Assembly (NCBI GenBank): GCA_963730185.1
Contig: CAVSQW010000009.1
Location: 64,001-128,000 of the forward strand
Reading direction: 5' to 3'
Source: an uncultured Gemmatimonadales bacterium
Lineage (GTDB): Bacteria; Gemmatimonadota; Gemmatimonadetes; Gemmatimonadales; GWC2-71-9
Length of the DNA: 64,000 nt
Shown: in pieces, positions 1-9,295 of the stretch
Layout: every line of letters begins with the position of its first letter
Position numbering within the stretch: the stretch's first letter is position 1
The notes under the pieces: generated by a model
What the model was told of the DNA's origin: nothing
What the model saw: the letters and a program-made list of their open reading frames with translations, nothing else
Databases searched by the model: none
Translations under genes and position numbers: made by a program

Positions 1-472
1 GCTCCCGCTCGTTGAGGCCGAACCGGTGCAGGGAGTCGAGGATGAACCCGGTCGACGGGGTCAGGAGCGCGAGCGAGACGAGGAGCGAGGGCCGGAGGTC
101 GAGCTCGAACAGGTGTTGCACTAGGTAGGCGCCGACGAAGAGAGCGGCGACGCCCACCGCCAAGTGTTGGATCAAAACCCGCGCCTCGCGGCGGAGCACC
201 GCGAAGTCGACCTCGAGTCCGGCAAAGAGAAAGAGGGAAACGATCCCGAGCGTCGCCAGGAGGCCGATGGTCGAGTCGCCGTGATAGAGGTGGAAGGCCA
301 GCCCGAACAGCGCCCCCAGCCCGACGCTGGTGATCGCCTGCGGCAACCGATACCGTTGAAGAAACCGGGGCAGCACGAAGAGGACGAACAGCAACAGCAC
401 GTAGCCGAGCTCCGAACGGAGGGCATCGGCGATCGCGGTGGTCCCGCTCAGGAGCTGGCTGATGGCATCCAT
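1..472 (-). CDS. Cation:proton antiporter (CPA2/Kef-like), N-terminal part; runs off window start
   Basis: Manual translation from ATG 472: MDAISQLLSG...LGYVLLLFVLFVLPRFLQRYRLP...TLGIVSLFLFAGLEVD...ALLTPSTGFILDSL; multiple TM helices and the LF.aGLE.D CPA2 motif; not in the ORF track. Confidence 0.75.
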   Translation of the reverse strand, partial: MDAISQLLSGTTAIADALRSELGYVLLLFVLFVLPRFLQRYRLPQAITSVGLGALFGLAFHLYHGDSTIGLLATLGIVSLFLFAGLEVDFAVLRREARVLIQHLAVGVAALFVGAYLVQHLFELDLRPSLLVSLALLTPSTGFILDSLHRFGLNERE

Positions 473-574
473 GGGCTCGATCTCGGGCGGAAGCTACCGC
501 CGGGCCCCGGCCCGAGGCCAGCCACGCCGACTCCCGTTTGGGACTACATTTCCGGTCCAAACACCCGAGAGCCA

Positions 575-3145
575 GTGACGCTTTCCGTATCCGACGACAC
601 CCCTCTGCTCAGGCAGTATCGGGACATCAAGTCGCGCCACCGCGACAAGATCCTCTTTTTCCGGATGGGGGACTTCTACGAGATGTTCTACGACGACGCC
701 GAGGTGGCGTCGCGCGTCCTGAACATCACCCTCACCGCCCGGGGTGACGGGGTGCCCTTGGCGGGCGTGCCGGTCAAGGCGGCCCAAGAGTACCTCCGTC
801 AGTTCGTCGCCCAGGGCTACCGGGTGGCCATCTGCGAACAGGTGGAGGACCCCAAGAAGGCCAAGGGAATCGTCAAGCGCGAGGTGATCGAGACCATCAC
901 GCCTGGGGCGCTCCTGGAGGAAGACTGGGTTCCGGGCGGTCGCAACAACTTCATCGTGGCGGTGAGCCCCGCGGCCCGGGGGACGGCCGGACTGGCGGCG
1001 ATCGACCTTACCACGGGCGAGTTCCTGCTCGAGTGCGTCCCGGGCGAGCGGGTGGCCGAGGCGCTAGGTCGCCTGGCGCCGGCCGAGGTCGTGTCGGTCG
1101 GCGGGGCCGCGACACCGGCTGAGCCCGAAGCCATGCGGACGGCCCGGGAAGCCTGGGAGTTCGACGCCGAGCTGGCCGCCGACGAGCTGACCCGGCGCTT
1201 CGGCCTGGCCTCCCTGGACGGGCTCGGCCTCGGAGCAAACGACGCCCCCGCCGTCGGCGCGGCGGGCGCCCTGCTCCGCTACCTGTCCGAGCTCAAGCCC
1301 GGCGGGCTGCCCCACCTCCTCCGACCGACCGTCCGCCGGCCCGATCACTACCTCTGGCTCGACGAGATGACCCGCCGGAACCTGGAGCTGGTGGAGCCGC
1401 TCCGCGCCGGGGCCCGCGGGGTCACCCTGCTCGAGGTGCTCGACCGGACCCTCACCCCGATGGGGGCGCGCCTGCTTCGGGCCTGGCTGCTCTCTCCCCT
1501 CCGCGACGTGGCTGCGATCGACCGACGGCTCGACGCCGTCGCAACCGCCGTGGAGCGAACCGAGCCCCGCGCCGCGGTGCGCGAGGCCCTGGACGGGGTC
1601 CGCGACCTGGAGCGCCTGGCCGGACGGGCGGCGGCGGGTCGGGCCAACCCCCGCGAGCTGGCGGCCCTGCGCGACTCGTTCCACCGGCTTCCGGGCGTGC
1701 TGGCCGGCCTGGACCAGCTGGGCCCGGACGCCGCCGCGCTGGCCGAGGCGAGGGTCGAGCTCGATCCGCTCGAGGACCTGGCGGCGGAGCTGAGCCGGGC
1801 CCTCGAGGACCGCCCCCCGGTCAATCTCGTCGACGGCGGAGTGATCAAACCAGGTTATGACAACGACCTCGACGAGGCCCGCTCGCTCCGGGACGGCGGC
1901 CGACGGTTCATCGCCTCGCTCCAGGAGCGGGAGCGGGAACGGACCGGCATCGGCTCGCTCAAGGTCGGGTACAACAGGGTCTTCGGATACTACCTCGAGG
2001 TCACCAAGACCCACGCCGGCCGGGTGCCGCCCGACTACGAGCGTCGCCAGACCCTCACCTCCGCCGAGCGGTACGTCACCCCCGAGCTCAAGGACTACGA
2101 GGCCAGGGTGCTCGGCGCCGAAGAGCGGATGACGAGTCGCGAGGCCGAGCTGTTCGCTGCCCTCCGAAGCCGGGTCGGCGCCGCCATCGGCCGGATCCAG
2201 CACACCGCCCGGGTGCTGGCCCAGCTCGACGTCTGGTGCGGCCTGGCCGAGGCCGCGGTGCAGAACCGCTACGTGCGCCCGGTGATCACCGCCGACTACC
2301 AGCTCCGGCTGACCGCCAGCCGGCACCCCGTGATCGAACGGATGATGCCGCGCGAGTCGTTCATCCCGAACGACGTTCAGTTCGATCAAGCCAGCCGGGT
2401 CCAGCTGGTCACCGGACCCAACATGGCCGGCAAGTCCACCATCCTCCGGCAGATCGGCGTCGTGGTCATCATGGCCCAGATGGGCTCATTCGTCCCGGCG
2501 GAGGCCGCGACCATCGGGGTCACCGACCGCTTGTTCACCCGAGTCGGCGCCAGCGACAACCTGGCCCGGGGCCAGTCGACCTTCATGGTCGAGATGAGCG
2601 AGACCAGCGCCATCCTCCACAACGCTACCGCTCAGAGCCTCGTGCTGCTCGACGAGATCGGCCGGGGAACCTCGACCTATGACGGCGTGGCGATTGCCTG
2701 GGCGGTCACCGAGCACTTGCACGACCAGATCGGCTGCAAGACCATGTTCGCCACCCATTACCACGAGCTGATGCAGCTCCCGGAGCGGCTGGCCCACGCC
2801 CGAAACCTCAACGTGGCGGTCCGCGAGACCGGCGACACCGTGGTCTTCCTGCACCGGCTCGAGCCCGGTGGCACCGATCGGTCCTACGGCATCCACGTGG
2901 GCCAGCTGGCCGGGTTGCCCGCCGAGGTCGTCCGCCGGGCCGAAGCCGTGCTCCTCACGCTCGAAGGCGAGCACCGGGTCGTCCCCGGCGAGGTGCCCGA
3001 GCCCGATACCCGGCAGCTCGCCCTCTTCGCCGAAGCCGACCCGGTGCGGGACGAGCTCTCCACCCTCGACCTGAACGCGCTGACGCCCCTCGAGGCGTTG
3101 AACCGGCTGGCCGACCTCCAGCGGAAAGCCCGGGAACCCAAGTGA
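575..3145 (+). CDS. mutS: DNA mismatch repair protein MutS
   Basis: TPLLRQY, FFRMGDFYEMF, Walker A TGPNMAGKST, STFMVE, DEIGRGTST, FATHYHEL; C-terminal clamp motif QLALF (3014-3028); GTG 575 chosen because the upstream ORF part overlaps the divergent antiporter. Confidence 0.97.
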   Translation: MTLSVSDDTPLLRQYRDIKSRHRDKILFFRMGDFYEMFYDDAEVASRVLNITLTARGDGVPLAGVPVKAAQEYLRQFVAQGYRVAICEQVEDPKKAKGIVKREVIETITPGALLEEDWVPGGRNNFIVAVSPAARGTAGLAAIDLTTGEFLLECVPGERVAEALGRLAPAEVVSVGGAATPAEPEAMRTAREAWEFDAELAADELTRRFGLASLDGLGLGANDAPAVGAAGALLRYLSELKPGGLPHLLRPTVRRPDHYLWLDEMTRRNLELVEPLRAGARGVTLLEVLDRTLTPMGARLLRAWLLSPLRDVAAIDRRLDAVATAVERTEPRAAVREALDGVRDLERLAGRAAAGRANPRELAALRDSFHRLPGVLAGLDQLGPDAAALAEARVELDPLEDLAAELSRALEDRPPVNLVDGGVIKPGYDNDLDEARSLRDGGRRFIASLQERERERTGIGSLKVGYNRVFGYYLEVTKTHAGRVPPDYERRQTLTSAERYVTPELKDYEARVLGAEERMTSREAELFAALRSRVGAAIGRIQHTARVLAQLDVWCGLAEAAVQNRYVRPVITADYQLRLTASRHPVIERMMPRESFIPNDVQFDQASRVQLVTGPNMAGKSTILRQIGVVVIMAQMGSFVPAEAATIGVTDRLFTRVGASDNLARGQSTFMVEMSETSAILHNATAQSLVLLDEIGRGTSTYDGVAIAWAVTEHLHDQIGCKTMFATHYHELMQLPERLAHARNLNVAVRETGDTVVFLHRLEPGGTDRSYGIHVGQLAGLPAEVVRRAEAVLLTLEGEHRVVPGEVPEPDTRQLALFAEADPVRDELSTLDLNALTPLEALNRLADLQRKAREPK

Positions 3146-3558
3146 GTCGGGCCCGGCGCATCCTCTTGACCGCGGCCCTGATTCTCGGGGCCTGTCGGGC
3201 CAAGCCCGACTCCACCATGACCCTGCCGGTCGACCAGCCGGCGGCGACCCCGGCCCGGGGGGACGAGCCGCCCGTCCCGCTCAATGCCCATACTCCGGCC
3301 GACTACCCGCCGGCCCTGCTCAGCCAGCGGATCGGCGGCACCGTGCTGCTCCGGCTGTTCTTGAGCGACTCGGGGACCGTCGTCCCGGAGTCCACCCGGG
3401 TGCAGGAGTCCAGCGGCTATCCCGCCCTCGATTCGGCCGCGCTCGCGGCCGTGCCCCGACTGCGGTATGCTCCGGCACTGCGCGACGGTCGGCCCGTCGC
3501 CAGCGGTTTTCTCCAACCCTTCAACTTCCGCGCGCCGGGCGCGGGGCCGGCCCCATGA
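3142..3558 (+). CDS. TonB C-terminal domain protein, probable lipoprotein
   Basis: Lipobox-like LILGAC; YPPALL..IGGTVLLRLFLSDSG.V...SSGYPALDSAALAAV..LRYAPA TonB_C pattern; GTGA overlap with mutS. Confidence 0.8.
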   Translation: MSRARRILLTAALILGACRAKPDSTMTLPVDQPAATPARGDEPPVPLNAHTPADYPPALLSQRIGGTVLLRLFLSDSGTVVPESTRVQESSGYPALDSAALAAVPRLRYAPALRDGRPVASGFLQPFNFRAPGAGPAP

Positions 3559-4946
3559 AACCACAACACCTCGAGCCCTACGAGTCCGTCCTCGACACGA
3601 TCGGGTGGACCCCGCTGATTCGGCTGGCCCGGATCGGTGCCGGGGTCCGGACCCCCATCTACGGCAAGGCCGAGTACGTGAACCCCGGGGCGTCGGTCAA
3701 GGACCGGATCGGTCTGGCCATCATCGAAGCCGCCGAGGCCACCGGCGAGCTCCTTCCCGGGGGCACCATCGTCGAGGGCACCTCCGGCAACACCGGCGTC
3801 GGCCTCGCGATCGCAGCGGCCCTCAAGGGCTATCACTGCATTTTCACCATGCCCGACAAGATGTCGCAGGAGAAGGTCCGGCTCCTCAAGGCGTTCGGGG
3901 CCGAGGTGGTGACCACCCCGACGGCGGTGCCGCCCGACCACCCCGACAACTACGTCATGAAGGCCAAGCAGATCGTCAAGGACACCCCCGGCGCGATCCT
4001 GGCCAATCAGTTCTACAACCAGGTCAATCCGGACTCGCACTACCGGACTACCGGACCCGAGATCTGGGAGCAGACCAAAGGCAAAGTGACCCATTTCGTC
4101 GCCGGCGCCGGCACCGGGGGCACCGTGAGCGGAGCCGGCAAGTTCTTGAAGGAGAAGAACCCCGCCGTCCGGGTCGTCGGCGGCGATCCGGTGGGCTCCA
4201 TCTACTCGGCCTACGGCCAGACCGGGTCAACGTCGGTGGAGGGCTCGCCGTACAAGGTCGAGGGTATCGGCGGCGACAAGATCCCCACGACCATCTGGTG
4301 GGACGTGATCGACGAGTGGCGGCAGCTTTCCGATCGCGACGCCTTGGGAATGGCGCGGCGCCTGGCGCGCGAGGAAGGCCTCCTGGTCGGTGGCAGCGCA
4401 GGCCTCAACGTAGGTCTGGCCCTGGACTTGGCCCGCGAGATCGACGACCCCGACGCCTGCGTCGTCACCATCCTCTGCGACACCGGCGAGCGCTATCTGT
4501 CCAAGATCTTCAACGACGACTGGATGCACGAAAATCAGCTCCTCGACGTCCCCCGGCTCTCTATCGCCGATCTCCTGACGCGGCGGCAGAAGAAGGCGCC
4601 CGCCCTGGTCAGCGTGTCCCCCACCTCGGCCGTCCGGCAGGCGCTCAACCTGATGAGCAGCTGGGACGTGAGCCAGCTCCCAGTGATCGAGAACGACGAG
4701 GCGGTTGGGAGCCTGCTCGAAGGCACCCTCATGACCCGGGCCCTGGCCCAGCCGGCGCTGCTCGACCGGCCGGTTCGCGAGGTGATGGACGCTCCGTTTC
4801 CCACGGTCGACGGCAACTTCCCGGTCGACCGGCTCGGCCCCATGCTCACCAAGGAAAATCCCGCCGTCCTGGTCCAACAGGGCGGCCGGCTGGTGGGCCT
4901 GGTGAGCCGCTACGACGTGCTCCAGCAGCTGATCGGCACCCGCTGA
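3555..4946 (+). CDS. Cystathionine beta-synthase (PLP fold II plus C-terminal CBS pair)
   Basis: NPGASVKDR PLP lysine, TSGNTG, GAGTGGT, tandem CBS domains at C-terminus. Confidence 0.9.
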   Translation: MKPQHLEPYESVLDTIGWTPLIRLARIGAGVRTPIYGKAEYVNPGASVKDRIGLAIIEAAEATGELLPGGTIVEGTSGNTGVGLAIAAALKGYHCIFTMPDKMSQEKVRLLKAFGAEVVTTPTAVPPDHPDNYVMKAKQIVKDTPGAILANQFYNQVNPDSHYRTTGPEIWEQTKGKVTHFVAGAGTGGTVSGAGKFLKEKNPAVRVVGGDPVGSIYSAYGQTGSTSVEGSPYKVEGIGGDKIPTTIWWDVIDEWRQLSDRDALGMARRLAREEGLLVGGSAGLNVGLALDLAREIDDPDACVVTILCDTGERYLSKIFNDDWMHENQLLDVPRLSIADLLTRRQKKAPALVSVSPTSAVRQALNLMSSWDVSQLPVIENDEAVGSLLEGTLMTRALAQPALLDRPVREVMDAPFPTVDGNFPVDRLGPMLTKENPAVLVQQGGRLVGLVSRYDVLQQLIGTR

Positions 4947-4948
4947 CC

Positions 4949-5965
4949 GTGCGGATCACCGTTCTCACCGGCGGCACCTCGTCCGAGCGCGACGTCGCCA
5001 TCGCCTCGGCAATCCAAGTCGTCGCGGCGCTTCGGTCCCGGGGCCACGAGGTGGCGGTGGTCGACACCGCCCGGGGATTCGTGCCTGCGGCCGAGGAACC
5101 CCGCTGGCTGGGCGGCGGCGGGGTCGGAAACGAGCCCCCGTCGATCGAGCACCTGATCGAGCTCGAGCGAGGCGTCCTGCTCTCCAGCTTGGCCACCCTG
5201 CCGGTGATCCGGCACGCCGACGTGGTCTTTCTAGCCCTCCACGGTGGCCGGGGAGAGGACGGCACCCTGCAGTCCGTGTTGGATGTCCTCGACGTTCCCT
5301 ATACCGGCAGCGGCGCCCTGGCGAGCGGCATCGCCATGGACAAGGACATCTCCAAACACCTGTTCCAGGCCGCCGGGGTGCCTACCGCCTCCTGGATCAT
5401 GGCGCCCACCACCGCGGCCGACGTCGGGGCGCGCCTGGGCTGGCCAGTCGTCGTGAAACCCAGCAAGCAGGGGTCCACCGTAGGGTTACGGGTGGTCGGC
5501 GGGGCGGAAGAACTGGCCGGAGCGATCGCCTTCGCGGCCGAATATGACGACGAGGTCATGATCGAGGCCTACGTGGCGGGACGCGAGCTTACCGTCGGAA
5601 TCCTGGACGGCCAGGCGCTGGCCGTGGGCGAAATCGTGCCCCGGCACGAGATTTTCGACTACGAGTGCAAGTACACGCCGGGGATGGCGATCGAGACCTT
5701 TCCGGCCGACCTGCCCGACGAGGTGGCGGATCGGTGTCGCAAATTGGGTCTGTCGGCTCACCGGGCCCTCAAGCTGCACGGCTACAGCCGGGTCGACTTT
5801 CGCTTGACAGCCTCGGGCGAACTGTTCTGTTTAGAAGTGAACACCCTGCCGGGCATGACGGCTACCAGCTTGATGCCCCAGTCCGCCCGCGCAGCAGGCA
5901 TTGAGTTCCCGGAGTTGTGCGAGCGGATTTGCCGGGCCGCCCGGAGGGGAGTACGGAGCAGCTGA
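4949..5965 (+). CDS. ddl: D-alanine--D-alanine ligase
   Basis: GGTSSERDVA, ALHGGRGEDGTLQ, VVKPSKQGSTVG, FDYECKY, LEVNTLPGMT; GTG 4949 inside track ORF 3467..5965. Confidence 0.93.
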   Translation: MRITVLTGGTSSERDVAIASAIQVVAALRSRGHEVAVVDTARGFVPAAEEPRWLGGGGVGNEPPSIEHLIELERGVLLSSLATLPVIRHADVVFLALHGGRGEDGTLQSVLDVLDVPYTGSGALASGIAMDKDISKHLFQAAGVPTASWIMAPTTAADVGARLGWPVVVKPSKQGSTVGLRVVGGAEELAGAIAFAAEYDDEVMIEAYVAGRELTVGILDGQALAVGEIVPRHEIFDYECKYTPGMAIETFPADLPDEVADRCRKLGLSAHRALKLHGYSRVDFRLTASGELFCLEVNTLPGMTATSLMPQSARAAGIEFPELCERICRAARRGVRSS

Positions 5966-5966
5966 T

Positions 5967-6818
5967 ATGGAAGGTCCCGGAACCTCCCGCTTGACGCCGT
6001 GGGTCGGCCGCTTGATGATCGTCAACGCGGTTGTCCTGCTGCTGTTGAGCACCGTCTTCACCGCTCCCCGGTTCGTCACCGCCCTGGCGTTCGATCCGGC
6101 GAACTTCCTGAGCCGCCCCTGGACGGCGCTCACCTACATGTTCGTCCACGGTGGGCTCCTCCACCTGGGCTTCAACACCTTGATGCTGTTCGTCTTCGGC
6201 CCGCCCGTCGAGCGCCGGCTGGGCGGCCGGGCGTTCATCACCTTCTACCTCTATGCCGGCGTCGGAGCCGCCCTCTTCTCGCTCGGCATGTCCGGTGTGC
6301 TTCCCGTCAATCCCTTCGTCGGGTCCTCGGGTGCCCTGTTCGGCGTCATGGCCGCCTTCGTGCTTCACTGGCCCGAGGCCGAGCTGGCGATGTTCCCGTT
6401 CCCGTTGCCGATGAGCGCCCGATCTCTGTTCTTCGGACTGATCGTGTTCGACGCCTTGATCGGCGTCATGGCAGCCACTCTCGGCACCGCGAGCGGGATC
6501 GCCCACTTCGCCCACGTCGGCGGCGCGGCGGCCGGCTATCTCTTCTTCCGGATCCAGGCGTTCACCACGCCAAAGCCCCCGCCCCGACCGATCAACGTGG
6601 CCCGGCGCCCCGTCGTCACCCCGATGCGCATGCACGAGGCCGTGACCGAGGTCCGGCCCGCCGTGGCGCCGATCGAGCATCACGGTCCCGACTTCAGCGA
6701 AGAGGCCGTCGATCGCCTGCTCGAAAAGATCAGCCGCTCCGGAATCGACAGTCTCACCTCCCAGGAACGGCAGTTCTTGTCCGACGCTTCCGAACGGAAA
6801 CGCAAGGGACAACCCTAG
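5967..6818 (+). CDS. Rhomboid intramembrane serine protease with C-terminal DUF6576-like helical tail
   Basis: HGGLLHLGFN, GSSG catalytic Ser, AHFAHVGG catalytic His; tail VDRLLEKISRSGIDSLTSQERQFL. Confidence 0.9.
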   Translation: MEGPGTSRLTPWVGRLMIVNAVVLLLLSTVFTAPRFVTALAFDPANFLSRPWTALTYMFVHGGLLHLGFNTLMLFVFGPPVERRLGGRAFITFYLYAGVGAALFSLGMSGVLPVNPFVGSSGALFGVMAAFVLHWPEAELAMFPFPLPMSARSLFFGLIVFDALIGVMAATLGTASGIAHFAHVGGAAAGYLFFRIQAFTTPKPPPRPINVARRPVVTPMRMHEAVTEVRPAVAPIEHHGPDFSEEAVDRLLEKISRSGIDSLTSQERQFLSDASERKRKGQP

Positions 6819-6824
6819 CGCATC

Positions 6825-6854
6825 TTGATTTTGTCCACGGGATTCCGGTATTGT
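6825..6854 (+). promoter_or_regulatory. Putative sigma70-type promoter (leaderless) for the DUF2268-like gene
   Basis: TTGATT-N18-TATTGT, 5 nt before GTG 6860; the spacer contains TTGTCCACG, a DnaA-box-like 9-mer. Confidence 0.4.
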
Positions 6855-6859
6855 GTCCC

Positions 6860-7804
6860 GTGCTCATCAACTTGCTTCCCGAATTCATCGATATCCTGGG
6901 GTCGTCGAACCGGGAAGCAGCCTACCAACGCTATTTCGAAGCGCATCGCGCAGTCTTGTCGGCGTATTGGAACAATTACGTCCTCGACCCCGAAAGCCCG
7001 CACGCCGCCGAGGTCATTGCCACCACACTCCGGGCCGATCGCAGCGACCTCAGATCGCTGCTCCAGGCCACGCCGGTGACCGAGATCGCCGACTCGGCGA
7101 TCACCCGCGCGACCGAGCTGCTCAAGATCGACCGGCCAACCGACGTCTACCTGATGGTCGGCGTGGGTGCCGCCAACGCCGGCGAGCTGGTGGTCAACGG
7201 CCGAGGAGTCGCGTTCATCTGCGTCGAGCACTTCACCGGCCGGGTCAACGCGTCGACCTACGGCCTCGGACTGGCCCCCGACCTGATCCCGCTCTGGATC
7301 GGCCACGAGCTCGCCCACGCCGTGCGGTACACCTCGCCGGACAGCCAGAGCGACCTCCGGCGGCTGATCGAGGAGAACGGAGGCCAGTACGACTACTGGA
7401 TGACCGGCAGCCGGGCCCCGCTCCGCGAGCTGCTGGTCAACGAAGGCCTGGCGGTCCATGCCGCGGAACAAGTCGCCCCCGGCTTCGACCAGTCCGATTA
7501 CTTCGGGTATCCCAAGCGGCAGTTCCAGCGAATGCGTGAGTTGGAGGCCTTCCTCCGACGGGCGGCGCACCACGACCTCGACCGGTCCGGAATCGGCCTC
7601 CGGCTCCGGTTCCTCTCCGGCGGCATGAGCCCCTCGTCCCGCCTCGCCCTCGGCCGCGTCCTTCCGGAGCGCTCCGGGTACTACCTCGGCTACCGCATGG
7701 CCGAAGCCCTGGTTCGAGACCACGGCATCGCGGCCGCCCTCCGGGCCGGGGCCAAGGACTTCGACTCGGCCGACGAGACGCTCAGCGACATCCGCTCCGC
7801 ATGA
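6860..7804 (+). CDS. Putative Zn-dependent protease (DUF2268-like)
   Basis: HELAH (HExxH), downstream NEGLA third ligand and GYYLGY motif; GTG 6860 inside track ORF 5999..7804. Confidence 0.7.
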   Translation: MLINLLPEFIDILGSSNREAAYQRYFEAHRAVLSAYWNNYVLDPESPHAAEVIATTLRADRSDLRSLLQATPVTEIADSAITRATELLKIDRPTDVYLMVGVGAANAGELVVNGRGVAFICVEHFTGRVNASTYGLGLAPDLIPLWIGHELAHAVRYTSPDSQSDLRRLIEENGGQYDYWMTGSRAPLRELLVNEGLAVHAAEQVAPGFDQSDYFGYPKRQFQRMRELEAFLRRAAHHDLDRSGIGLRLRFLSGGMSPSSRLALGRVLPERSGYYLGYRMAEALVRDHGIAAALRAGAKDFDSADETLSDIRSA

Positions 7805-7893
7805 CCGACGAGGCTGCAGCCGAGACGAGGCCGTTTTGCGACGGCGCCCACAAAGCCTGCCTCCCCACCGATCCGAGCCAAGCGGTCATGTAG
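7801..7893 (+). pseudogene. 30-aa micro-ORF / internally deleted CDGSH iron-sulfur (NEET-type) domain
   Basis: MTDEAAAETRPFCDGAHKACLPTDPSQAVM*; P-F-C-D-G-A-H is the second half of the CDGSH motif, C-x-C is missing; ATGA-coupled to the upstream stop. Confidence 0.6.
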
Positions 7894-7905
7894 TAGTACC
7901 GGTAG

Positions 7906-9237
7906 CTACTTCCCGACGCAGAACCTCGAAAAGACCCGGTCAAGCACTTCGTCGACGTCCACCGACCCCAACAGCTCGTCCAGCGCCGTTACCGCCCGCC
8001 GGACGTGGTGCGAGGCCAGCACCGGATCTCCCTCGCGGTCGAGCTCCGGGCGGGCATCGCCGAGCGCGGCCGCGGCCGTCTCGAGCGCCAGTCGGTGGCG
8101 CTCGCGGGTCAACATCGGCTCGTCAGCCGTGCCGCCTCCCATCCGTCCGAAGAGCTGGTCGGAGAGCAACGCCCGCAGCTCTCCCAGCCCTTCGCCGGTG
8201 ACGACCGAGACCGAGAGGTCACGCCGGGTCGGCTCGAGATCGGCTTTGGTGCGGATCAAGAGCGCCGACCCGGTTTCCAGTAGCGCCCGCTCGTCGGAAT
8301 CCAGGTCGCGATCGCCCTCGACGCAGAGAAGAACGAGATCCGCGGCCGCCAGGTAGCGCCGGCTCACCTCGATCCCGAGACGTTCGATCCGGTCGGTGGA
8401 CTCCCGGAGCCCGGCGGTGTCGGCCAGCCGCACCGGCCATCCCTCGACCTCCACCGTGGCCTCGATGGTGTCGCGGGTGGTCCCCGGCACCTCGCTCACG
8501 AGTGCCCTGTCGCGGCCGAGGAGGGCGTTGAACAGCGAGCTCTTCCCCGCGTTGGGACGGCCGGCGAGAACCACGAGCGCCCCATCGTGGAGCCGCTCGC
8601 CGAGCGGCGCGGTGGCCAGGAGCAACTGGATCGCGCTCGCCGCCCGCTCGAGGCCAGTGAGCAGCCGGTTCCGATCGAGAGGTCCGTCGTCCTCTTCGGG
8701 AAAATCGATGTCGTAGCTCAGCAAGGCCAGGAGATCCACGAGCTCGGTCCGGAGCGTGTCGATCCGCCGGGACAGGCCGCCCTCGAGCTGGTGGAGCGCG
8801 GCCCGGCCCTGAGCCGGCGCCGTGGCATCGATCAAGTCGCCGACCGCCTCCGCCTGCACCAGATCGAGCTTGCCGTTGAGGACCGCCCGCCGGGTAAACT
8901 CGCCGGGTTTCGCGAGCCGCGCCCCGAAGGACTGTAGAGCCCCCAACAGCTGCGCCGGGACCAGGAGGCCCCCGTGACACGACAGCTCGGCCAGGTCCTC
9001 GCCGGTGTAGCTCCTGGGACCGGGAAAGAGCGTGACCATACCCCGGTCGATGACCACCCCGTTGGCCCCATGGAAGTCGGCGAGCGTGGCGCGCCTCGCG
9101 GCCGGCAGATCGTCCGGGCGCCCGAGCTCGAGCAGCCGACGCAGGATCTCGAACCCGCCCCGGCCGCTCAACCGGATGACCGCCAGCCCGGCCCGGCCGG
9201 GTGGCGTGGCGAGTGCGCAGATGGGATCGGACAGCAT
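7906..9237 (-). CDS. mnmE: tRNA modification GTPase MnmE
   Basis: ALATPPG, PRSYTGED, GEFTRRA, GRPNAGKSS, PGTTRD, DTAG, C-terminal FCVGK. Confidence 0.97.
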   Translation of the reverse strand: MLSDPICALATPPGRAGLAVIRLSGRGGFEILRRLLELGRPDDLPAARRATLADFHGANGVVIDRGMVTLFPGPRSYTGEDLAELSCHGGLLVPAQLLGALQSFGARLAKPGEFTRRAVLNGKLDLVQAEAVGDLIDATAPAQGRAALHQLEGGLSRRIDTLRTELVDLLALLSYDIDFPEEDDGPLDRNRLLTGLERAASAIQLLLATAPLGERLHDGALVVLAGRPNAGKSSLFNALLGRDRALVSEVPGTTRDTIEATVEVEGWPVRLADTAGLRESTDRIERLGIEVSRRYLAAADLVLLCVEGDRDLDSDERALLETGSALLIRTKADLEPTRRDLSVSVVTGEGLGELRALLSDQLFGRMGGGTADEPMLTRERHRLALETAAAALGDARPELDREGDPVLASHHVRRAVTALDELLGSVDVDEVLDRVFSRFCVGK

Positions 9238-9295
9238 CGATGAAAATTACCCCCGGGTGGGCCTGCCCCGGGGGGCCTCGCTGGAAAACGGCCCG

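Noticed and set aside
164..574. N-terminal extension of MutS in the ORF track
   Set aside because: Overlaps the divergent antiporter gene; MutS homology starts near 575
3467..4948. Apparent 832-aa Ddl fusion
   Set aside because: The upstream part is an alternative frame of the cystathionine beta-synthase gene; likewise for track ORFs 5999, 40756, 42605 and 48939
4949..5965. Ddl outside the dcw cluster as a possible Van-type D-Ala-D-Lac ligase
   Set aside because: Omega loop has Tyr (FDYECKY), typical of D-Ala-D-Ala ligases; no vanH/vanX neighbours
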